Origin: Octopus vulgaris
Lineage: Eukaryota
DNA length: 64,000 nt
Reading direction: 5' to 3'
Assembly: GCA_951406725.2 (NCBI GenBank)
Contig: OX597819.1
Coordinates: forward strand, 25,172,001 to 25,236,000
The position numbers and the translations under genes are program-made. The notes below the pieces were generated by a model that saw nothing but the letters and a program-made list of their open reading frames with translations, ran no database searches and was not told the origin of the DNA. Positions 54,061 to 64,000 of the stretch are shown piece by piece (within the stretch, counting starts at the first letter, position 1; each line of letters opens with the position of its first letter).

Positions 54061-55905
54061 ATGTATGTTCATTGAGTCTTGAACTGAAAGATGTTTATAG
54101 TTAACTAGGGGCAACTTGGAGCAAAATAACAGCCTTTTACCTGGTTTTAATTTTATTTAGTATCAGATCATCTCTGATCAAAATGAGATATGGAGTAAGA
54201 ACTTTCTAGCTATGACCATCTCGCGTTCCCTTCTAACGTAGCATATCTAGGACTATACTATCTACGTATGTTCTTCTTTAAGATGATAAGGTATGCTTTG
54301 GGGGAAAATCTGGCTGCTATTTCTTGCATGAGAGCAGTCTAGGGCTGGACTAGAAATTATAAAATCTTTATAATGTGTTGGAATAAGAAGTATGAAATGT
54401 GTATATTCTATACACCATCATCTTTACTCTTTGTTTAGATTTCACACATCCAAATTCGCCTCACCTGAACTGAATTGAGAAGGGTTTGTCTACCCTATGA
54501 TAGCTGACTGCCAGTGGGGCACCAACTGTCTTTGATGCTCATTAGATTCCCCGTTTAAGGCTATTAGGTGGTGTTGAAGTGTATTAGCTGATACTAGAGC
54601 ATTGAAAGAGAAATGGCTTTATTGGTTATCTGATAATTTTGGAGACACCTGACAACGGAAGGTATTCATAGTAGATCAAGACCAAAGGAATACATGGCAA
54701 GAAATGGTCATGTCATTTCATTAGAATGATGATCTTCATAGAAGTGATGATACAGAATTGAGAACAATGGTAATCTGTTGTTATATTGAGCATGTAGCTT
54801 CTAATATTGCCTTGGGTTGATCAATGCTTTGTGAGGGAAACTGGTGTGTGTGTGTAGTCATTTCCTCTACTCATATGAGATTACCTGAGCAAATAAATAA
54901 ATAAATGAAATGATGTCAATTTGTTTTCATTCCTGGCGAACATTATGATCTCTAGCTCTGTCCTCTCAAAAATAGTGGTATAAAATACAAATACCTTACT
55001 TGTAAAACAAACACGAGTTGGCTGTAGGAACCATGTCTGGTTATAGAAATAATGATTAAAATTAATATCCATCTAACCTATGCCAGCATAGGAAAACAGA
55101 TGTAAAGCAAATGAACGTATGAAAGAATATTGTAAGTGCAGAGTTTACAATTACTTGGGGAACATTAAATAGATACTAGACTTGTGAGATGTTCTGAAAC
55201 ATGTTATTGATGACATCCATGCTGGATCTAACCAAGATCAACCCAATCAGATTTGTTCTACAACAATAACAACTAAATCTACTACGAAAGGACTGAACCA
55301 GCACTAAGCTACTATTCACTACTACAACACTAATGGGATAGTGCACAGTTTTACCATCAATCTATTATTACCTTAATGAGAAACTTCAGTTTATTTGAGG
55401 TGTGATAAATTACATTAACTAGAAATCCATTAAATTCTATCATTAAACTAAGCTCTAATTGCTGATACGACTTCAGATGAGAGTAAGTTTGTGTGTAGAC
55501 GTTATTAACCTCTTTCCACATTAACCTACAAAATATTAAACACACCAGCAGCTATTTAATGTCATCAATTAGTACATTAGATGACAGTATGAAGTATCAT
55601 GAAAGTGACCAACTGGCCAATAAAAACATTAAATATCCGTCTCACCATTTGAGAACTCTCTTGATTTATTGGTTTAGATAAAGAACACAGACTTTAGGAA
55701 TTGATTTTTTTTTTTTTTTACTTTTCTCTCATTAAATTATGACATTTACTTATTGTATATTTGTTTGATATCTGTTTATCTGTTATAATAAATCTGTGAA
55801 TGAGAGTATTGCTTGTATACACTACACTTTTTCAAGATCAGTGACGAAAAGTCACTGGAAAAAGTGATATAAATATTTGCATTGGGACCCTTCCATCGAA
55901 AACCG

Positions 55906-55964
55906 GTGATTGTCGTGTGCTGATGACGGGTCAATATCCAGAAACTGCAGTCCGTGCGTATCAC
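55906..55964 (+). ncRNA. Type I hammerhead ribozyme-like motif in a structured GC-rich island
   Basis: gtgat tgt cgtgtg CTGATGA c gggt caat atcc a GAAAC tgca GTC cgtgcg t atcac; palindromic ACTGCAGT helix III and GUC site. Confidence 0.75.
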
Positions 55965-57041
55965 TTAGGTTGACGAAGGAAGGATGACCTCCCTTTGCAA
56001 ATACCGATAGGGCACAGAAAGTGTGCCTCTAGCCAGCTGGAGAAGATGTTCTCCTGGGGCTACAAGCTACAGTAACATCCACCCTTAGTGGTTAGCCATA
56101 TTGAGATGGCAAATATACTTCACATTGTTTGTCTGTTATTTTGATTATATGAAGTCTTAACTGTAGAAAGTGTATTAAGGGGCAGGAGTAGCTTAGCTTA
56201 GTGTAGCCATCACTTGCAAGCAAGATTGATTTGGTAACACATACCATGCTTTCACTAACTATTATAGGTGCTTATATAGTTACAAGGAGACTCAGGCACC
56301 CACTCAGCAGTCCCAACCTTTACCCAGCATTAAAACCAGGATGTGAATGCCAAAGGAAGAAAGGACTGAACCAGCACTAAGCTACTATTCAGCTTCAGCT
56401 AAGTAATCTAGGGCAGTGCTCTGCAAGCTTTTTTCACTTGCAGTATGCTTGTATTCTTTTCAAAATGTAGTGGCACACCTGAGCTAAAAATATAACTAAA
56501 AGTATAGGAAAAATAATTATATTCAGGTTACACTGCGGCACACCTGGCATCATCTCGTAACACACCAATGTGCTGTGGTATGCTGGTTGCAGAGCACTAG
56601 TCTAACACAAAGCGAAGTAAAGTTCTTTGCTCAAAGATACAACACATTATCTGATTGTGAAATTGAACCCAAGACTTTATGATTGTGGTCCCAGCACCCT
56701 AACCACTAAGCCTGTTAGCTTTTAGTACACAGAGTATCTAACATAATAAGAGATACTGCTATGCATTTATTCATATTTCTATACTAGCATGAGTTAAATG
56801 AATACATATTATTAAGACATTGTTTTACAGCCAGATGTCCTTCCTGTGACTAACTCTTACCTGTTTATCAAGTGAATGAGAGTTCATTCCACTTGAATTT
56901 GGAAGTTCTTGAGCTACTGGATGATTTGTTGACAGGGAAAGGTCAACAAAGGTTATCAGCCATGGCTAGGTGATTTTCATACAAAACACAAAATCTAAAG
57001 ATTCACACATGCACACATGTATATAAATATATGCCCTCTGC

Positions 57042-57111
57042 CATTAAAGCCTGACGAATCATCTATAGAGCTTAAGTGCATTATGGATGTGAAACCATTG
57101 GTCACTCTGTG
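57042..57111 (+). ncRNA. Type I hammerhead ribozyme-like motif, helix I decayed
   Basis: CTGACGA (57051-57057), helix II catctata/tatggatg, GAAAC (57091-57095), cattg, GTC (57101-57103). Confidence 0.7.
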
Positions 57112-57212
57112 ACTGGACATATATTTAACTGTATGTAAATACATTACTGCTCTACACTTTAGAGCGTGCTTTTTTTTCGGATATATGATCCACTGATGAT
57201 ATATATATATAT

Positions 57213-57350
57213 GGGCATGGCTGTGTGGTTAGGGAGCTTGCTTCCTAGTTACATGGTTTCGGGTTCAGTCCCACTGCGTGGCACTCTGGGTAGGTGTCTT
57301 CCACTATAGCCTCGAGCCGACTGGAGCTTTGTGATTGAATTCGGTAGGTG
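57213..57350 (+). mobile_element. SINE family B head with strongly biased substitutions
   Basis: Colinear with family B heads but carries many A>G and C>T changes. Confidence 0.8.
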
Positions 57351-57416
57351 GGAGTTGCTGCCGTGTGTGTATATGTGCGGGTAGGTGCTTGTGCCTCTCC
57401 GAAAGAGAGAGAGGGA

Positions 57417-57732
57417 TATCACGTGATCTTGTGACTGACCAGGCTATCAGATGTTGCTACACATCGCTGGTCACAATGCACTTCGCATTGTTTTAGCCTT
57501 CAAATGACACCACCGCGCTGGCTAAGTGAGCAAGCCAACAGAAGAAAGAGTGAGAGAAAGTTGCGGCGAAAGAGTATAGCAGGGATCGCCAATACCCCAC
57601 CCCACTGGTGGAGCCTCGTGGAGCTTTTAGGTGTTTTTGCTCAATAAGCACTCACAACGCCTGGTCTGGGAATCGAAGCCGCGATCCTATGACCGCGAGT
57701 CCGCTGCCCTAACCACTGGGCCATTGCGCCTC

Positions 57733-57734
<2 letters not shown>
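57417..57734 (-). mobile_element. SINE family C, tail type ii
   Basis: Reverse complement of 36716-37027. Confidence 0.9.
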
Positions 57735-57765
<31 letters not shown>

Positions 57766-58141
57766 CAGTCTGTCTGTTCAACATGTTTCATTCAATTTCC
57801 ATCTATAAAATTCACTCACAAGCATTGGTTGATCTGGAGCTATAGTAGATAATACTTACCTAAGGTGCTGTGCAGTGAGATTGGGTTTGAAAATAATCGT
57901 CAGTGAAATAAACTTTTTAACTACAGCCATGACCACACCTTGCTAGGTTGCTTCATTTCCATGTTTATAACATTTCAGAAAATTCTTGACATCATGCCCT
58001 CAACTTCACTTGCCTAAAAATGATTTACTTTTGTATCTCATTCTACTAAAGACCTAGTTGGTTTACTAAAGGCTTACTTCTGCTCTATGATACACTTTCT
58101 GCTGTTGAGATTTCATATAATGAAAATAATAACTAAGATGG

Positions 58142-58460
58142 TGGAGGTGCAATGGTCCAGTGGTTAGGGCAGCGGGCTTGCGGTTGGAGGATCACGGTTT
58201 CGATTTCCTGACCGGGCGTTGTTTGTGTTTATTGAGCGAAAACACCTAAAAGCTCCACGAGGCTCTGGCAGGGGGTGGTGGCGACCCCTGTTGTACTCTT
58301 TCACCACAACTTGCTCTCACTCTTTCTTCCTGTTTCTTGAGTAATGCTGCCATGGACTGGCGTCCCGTCCAGCTGGCAGGGGGAACACATATGCCACAGA
58401 GACTGGGAAACCGGGCCCATGAGCCTAGCTAGGCTTGAAAAGGGCACATAAAATAAAAAT
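58142..58460 (+). mobile_element. SINE family C, tail type iv
   Basis: Family C head, distinct tail; direct repeat taactaagatg at 58130-58140 and 58463-58473. Confidence 0.85.
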
Positions 58461-59412
58461 GTTAACTAAGATGTCATAATAGAATAAGCATTAAGGAAAA
58501 ACTACAACAATGGTTATTGAGTTGGAAGGAAACAATACCAATCAACTGTGGTAACTTAGGTTTGTCATGAGACCTAGGACTCATAAGGCCTGAGCTAAAC
58601 TTAGTTTGCATGGTGTATAAGTGACTGGGATTACAAAACTTCCCACTGGATGGGCTACCAGTCCTTTAGAGAATTAACTCTAAAGGATTGGTTAGAGTCC
58701 TTTAGAGATTTAAAACTGAGAGGACTGAACCAATGTGAAATGAAATCATCGTCATCATTCAACATCCGGTGTCCTCTTATGCCTGACTTCACTCTCAGAA
58801 CAATACCAATGTGTCAAACATGTACACTTACATTACACATATAGCAGAACATACTAGCCCCTTTGCATGTCCTCTGCGTTCAGGGCCCACGTCTCACTAT
58901 CATGTAGAATTGCTGTCCATATACATGCATCATACACTCTTCCTTTCACTCGGAGAGAGCACCACCCAGTCTAATAATCTGAAACATGATTGTAAGTTCC
59001 TGAGTGCAACACCCTTATCTCTAGGCCATGCACCTTAACTCTTTGACAGCACCCCAGAAAAAAAGAAAAAATCTTTTTCAGCACCTGAGCACTGTATATA
59101 ATAATTTTATTATTATAGTATTAAGATAAGCTATTTTTAAGTCTCAGTCAGAGAGAGGGTTACACTGTTGACCCCTACTGCAAGGTGTCTGAGGTTAATG
59201 GGAGCAAAATGGCAGATAAACCACAATTAATGGCTTATTCTCAAACTAGAGACCTGCTCTGAATGCTTATAGCAGAGTAGTCTCTGCTAAAGTCACACAT
59301 GGTCAGATGGTGGTGTTCAGCTAGGTGTTTGCTGATGATTTCAAAACAGAATGAAATGATATACATAACTACCTATTACTAATAGAAAAAAGAAAACTAT
59401 TCAGAAAAACTG

Positions 59413-59737
59413 CTATAGCCCTGGGCCAACCAATGCCTTGTGAGTGGATTTGGTAGACTGAAACTGAAAGAAGCCTGTCGTATATATGTATATATATATA
59501 AGTGTGTGTGTATATGTTTGTGTGTCTGTATTTGTCCCCCTAGCATTGCTTGACAACCGATGCTGGTGTGTTTACGTCCCCGTCACTTAGCAGTTCGGCA
59601 AAAGAGGCCGATAGAATAAGTACTGGGCTTACAAAGAATAAGTCCCAGGGTCGATTTGCTCAACTAAAGGCGGTGCTCCAGCATGGCCGCAGTCAAATGA
59701 CTGAAACAAGTAAAAGAGTAAAAGAGTAAAGAGAGTA
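59413..59737 (+). mobile_element. SINE family B, 5'-truncated
   Basis: Begins at ctatagcc and runs to the gtaaaaga tail. Confidence 0.9.
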
Positions 59738-60994
59738 GATATGTATATTCTGTGCATCTTCCTTGTTCCATTTAGATTTAGGATTTGAACTCCTCACTCT
59801 GTCATGATTTATCATTCATCAACAAGTGATTATCTCCCTTAAAGTAACTGCCACCCAGGTACCACATGTTCAAAAGACTCAAGTGTTTTCAGAATAATGA
59901 AATGCATTTCAGAAACATTTTTGAATTCATTATAAAAAAAATCAAATAGACAATGATAATAATTCAAGATATATAATATGTAAATATACTTTTAGCTTAT
60001 ATTATATCATTTTGCGATAGACCTGAGTAAGTCTTTTCCAGTTTTGGATAAATTCTTAGCAAGGTTAATCCCTTGCAGATGGATTTAGTACTGACAGTTT
60101 GTGCTGTGTACTGGTATTAGATGTACAGTAACTACATAATTTTTCATATAAAGAACTTTACAGTGTTTTCACAAATACTTCTCAGTGTGGTATATTTGAA
60201 AAACCACAGTGCCACACAGAACAGGACATCACACTGCTCTCACACAGTGTCTTGATGTGGTCGATACCACTCCCCGTCTGCAAAGAGCCTACAAGAAAAT
60301 GAGTTAGTTTTATGTTATGAATTTTTAAAGCAGCGGTGAGGGGCACCCCTCATCCAATTCAAACTTGAAACCTTTGATACTCTTTGCTAATGGTGTCTTT
60401 AATAAATGATAAAAACAAACAAACAAATGATTTGTATCTTAATACCAAAACAGTTATTTAATACACATCACATATTTATGAATTTGTAACATTAAAAATA
60501 CATTATTTCTTTTAGTGCAGATGTCCTCTCCATGGTTTCTTAACTTACATTTCACTCTTGGTTCTACAAACGTTCCCTACCCTTGATTTAATGAAAGTGA
60601 GAGCAGTGAAGTATCACAAGCAGTTGAGCTCTGATCACATATATGTGACTAGTGATATTTAGTTACGTTCCTCAATGTACTGAGTTCAAATTATGTCAGG
60701 GTCAGTTATGTTGTTTATCCCATATATCAAGATGATTTCAAATGACTTATCCTTTGAAAGGCTGTGACCCAAAATCCATAAACTAGATGATAGTGTATAG
60801 ATCCAATGATTTTATAAGCTGTTGATGGAAAACTAAATGAAAGGGAACTATAACTGAACTAATATATACATACATATATATATAAATCTTTAGGTAAATA
60901 TATTCAATAAGAATATTATATACTGAGTGCTCCATTGTATAAAAATATTAATACTATTAAAGTATTTATATATTTAATACCAGCGATATATACA

Positions 60995-61495
60995 TATATT
61001 TTTTTATAATATATTATCATTAATAAAGAAAACCAATATCCAAACACATCATAACGATATACCCCCGTGAAAGAAATTCTTGTATTAAAAATATAAATAT
61101 AATGTATAAAATAAATTTGATAATTTAAAAATTTTGAATCAATTATTTAAGCATCTTACGATCGTTTCGCAGAAGAGTTGTCCCTATAATGAAATCCTAT
61201 ATTGATAAGCATTTATAGACAACCCGTCTGCTCTTCAGAGATATAAAATATGAATATTGTATAATACATCGAATAATAATCTTAAAAAAAAATTGAAGTA
61301 AAATTGTAAAATGGTGTTTGTTTGAAATGTAAAATCTTATTTATTTTATACATTATATTTATATTTTTATATTTATTTATTTATATATATTTTTAATAGA
61401 ATAATTTCTTTCACACGGGTATATCGTTATAATGAGTTTGGATATTGATTTTCTTTATCATTAATAATAATAATAATATATTATTAAAATATATA
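60995..61495. repeat. AT-rich cassette with about 105-bp inverted arms (60995-61102 and 61381-61495) enclosing a hammerhead motif
   Basis: aaagaaaaccaatatccaaac...ataacgatatacccccgtgaaagaaatt versus aatttctttcacacgggtatatcgttat...gtttggatattgattttcttt. Confidence 0.85.
61152..61243 (-). ncRNA. Type I hammerhead ribozyme with fully canonical core
   Basis: - strand reads tatct CTGAAGA gcaga c gggttgtc...gacaactc t tctgc GAAAC gatc GTA agatg. G10.1-C11.1 pair, long helix II, palindromic ACGATCGT helix III, GUA site, 5-bp helix I. Confidence 0.85.
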
Positions 61496-61499
61496 TCAT

Positions 61500-61775
61500 T
61501 ATCATCATCATCATCATCGTTTAGCGTCCGCTTTCCATGCTAGCATGGGTTGGACGGTTCAACTGGGGTCTGGGAAGCCAGGAGGCTGCACCAGGCCAGT
61601 CAGATCTGGCAATGTTTCTACGGCTGGATGCCCTTCCTAACGCCAACCACTCCGTGAGTGTAGTGAGTGCATTTTACGTGCCACCGGCACAGGTGCCAGG
61701 CGAGGCTGGCAACGGCCACGAACGGATGGTGCTTTTTATGTGCCACCGGCATGAGGCCAGTTGGGGCGGCGCTGG
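61500..61775 (-). mobile_element. Repeat family D copy
   Basis: Colinear with 2022-2290. Confidence 0.8.
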
Positions 61776-61839
61776 GTATGTATATGTATCTGTATATATG
61801 TATATATATACATATATATATATAGATATATATATATAC

Positions 61840-61870
<31 letters not shown>

Positions 61871-61894
61871 CATACATATATATATATACATACA

Positions 61895-61980
<86 letters not shown>

Positions 61981-62060
61981 ATTGTTAAAGAGGACAACAA
62001 ATACTAAAGCAGGACAAACACTTCAAATCATATACAATATTGTTATTGGAAAAAATTCAA

Positions 62061-62117
62061 AGGCTAACAGCTGTTTCTGGGATATCCCTGAAGATGGGAT
62101 ATTCCCTCATCACAGAC
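62061..62117 (-). ncRNA. Degenerate type I hammerhead-like motif (C3 mutated)
   Basis: - strand reads gtct gTGATGA gggaatatccc atcttca gggatatccc a GAAAC agct GTT agcc; palindromic ACAGCTGT helix III. Confidence 0.6.
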
Positions 62118-62160
62118 AAATAAGGAAAATGAGTATGGCCAAAACCTATCAAAGTATATA

Positions 62161-63023
62161 TACAGGGTGCCATGGGTAAATTCTCGCCATTTTATACTTT
62201 TAATTTTGTGCATGCGCATTGTTTGTTTTTTGATTTTGTCGACTACACAGTATAGTAGGGTCAATTGGGCACTGTCTGTGAGAAAAAACAGCACAATGAT
62301 GCAATTCACTCTGCCAGAAATTTGGAAACAACATGCTTGGTATTCACACTGGAAGCTCCAATACGGACATTTCAGTGCAATCTGAAGACATGTACTGGGA
62401 GTGATATAAATCAAATATCCAGGCAACATCATGGTTTTTGGAGTGATCACTAGTGATGGCGATGTTATGTCTCCATCCATCTTCCCACATGGCCCCAGAC
62501 TCAACATGGAGAGGCCTACATCAAATGCCTAAAGGAGGTAGTGCTGCTCTGGGTCAAGAGGGTGCTTGCTGGAAGACTCTATGTCTGGTAACAGGACTCT
62601 CCACCATGCCGCACAAAAAAGAGAACCCAGTCATGGCTGTCAGACAATTTCTGTGACTACATCACCCCTAATGTCTGGCCACCTAACTCGACAAATTGCA
62701 ACCCCTTTGATTATTAGGTGAGAGCACAGTTGAACAAGAGACCAATAATACCTCTTGTTATACCAAAGATGAACTGAAAGCAAGGATTATGGAAGCATTC
62801 ACCAACTTAAATAAGGAAGCTGCCCAGAAGAGTTGCAGAGATTCAAAAGTCATCTGGCGGTCGTGGTTGAAGCCAATGGCGATTTTATTGAGTGAATTTA
62901 CTCTTTAGTATTTCAAGATATTTTTATGTAATTTTGGTAAATATATCTGTTAAAATGAGATGTCAGTGTTATTTTCATTTTTGCATAGTTTAGAGATGAC
63001 AGCTTATTCACCACACCCTCACT
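62161..63023 (+). mobile_element. Internally deleted Tc1/mariner-superfamily transposon (probably DD37D/maT-like) with transposase pseudogene
   Basis: Frameshifted translation NIMVFGVITSDGDVM...YVW*QDSPPC...WLSDNFCDYITPNVWPPNSTNCNPFDY...DELKARIMEAF...VVEANGDFIE*; tacagggtg left end and decayed caccctc right end. Confidence 0.85.
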
Positions 63024-63385
<362 letters not shown>

Positions 63386-63459
63386 ATAGCAATGGTAAGA
63401 CAACAAAAGAATGAAAATGTCCTTGATATTATATAAATAGAGGAATTTATTTGTAATAT

Positions 63460-63654
63460 TGTGACAATTATTTGGTTACCATAATAAAACTCCAAGTTTC
63501 GGATGTTGGGGCGGAAACCTGCACCAGCATCTCTTCAGTTATCGTGGCAATTAAAATATATTATTTTAATTGCCTTGATAACTGAAGAGATGCCGGTACA
63601 GGTTTCCGCCCTGATATCCGAACTTGGAATTTTATCATGGCAACCGAATAGTTG

Positions 63655-63659
<5 letters not shown>
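63460..63659. ncRNA. 200-bp palindrome made of two divergent hammerhead-like motifs
   Basis: Left arm (-): ttgccacgataa CTGAAGA gatg...catc c GAAAC ttgga GTT ttattatggtaa. Right arm (+): ttgccttgataa CTGAAGA gatg...tatc c GAAC ttgga ATT ttatcatggcaa. Confidence 0.7.
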
Positions 63660-63695
<36 letters not shown>

Positions 63696-64000
63696 GTTAA
63701 ACCAAACATGAAAACACAAAGAGAACACACAACAACGTGAGGACATGTTGAAACGTCTATATATATATATATATATATATATATGTAATAAAATATTTTT
63801 ATTTGTCTGAAGTTGAAGCTTCACTACATTCACTACTCTAAGCTTTTTACTTCTGGGTATTAATACTATTTCCTTGAATTCTCTCAAAAATCAGAAACTA
63901 CAAGAAACAACAGTTTTGAAATAATATAACTGTTTATGCATCGTTATTTCTACATCACAAATGATAGAAAAGCCTTCAGTATAAGTCAAGGCGTATAATT

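Overview
AT-rich, microsatellite- and SINE-saturated eukaryotic DNA. The repeat families look like those of an Octopus genome; this is recognition, not a search result. The only host gene I can support is a + strand semaphorin-5-like gene with four symmetric phase-1 exons (2475-2642, 15848-16021, 19085-19264, 20258-20440) encoding thrombospondin type-1 repeats 1-4. No further exon is visible in the remaining 43.5 kb. Reading through the donor of the fourth exon gives a coding-like, basic, Cys-rich 47-aa tail, which suggests a secreted Sema5 form. The rest of the window holds three tRNA-derived SINE families, an RTE-tail-like repeat, decayed RTE LINE and Tc1/mariner fragments, TTAA MITEs, a 701-bp foldback element and minisatellites. 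The most striking hidden signal is about ten type I hammerhead ribozyme-like motifs (CUGANGA...GAAAC...GUH) at eight loci. Most have a minimal, often palindromic helix III and several lie in inverted-repeat cassettes, the architecture known from Penelope-like element LTRs and retrozymes. One (61152-61243, - strand) has a fully canonical core. Nearly all supplied ORFs are microsatellite or SINE artefacts.
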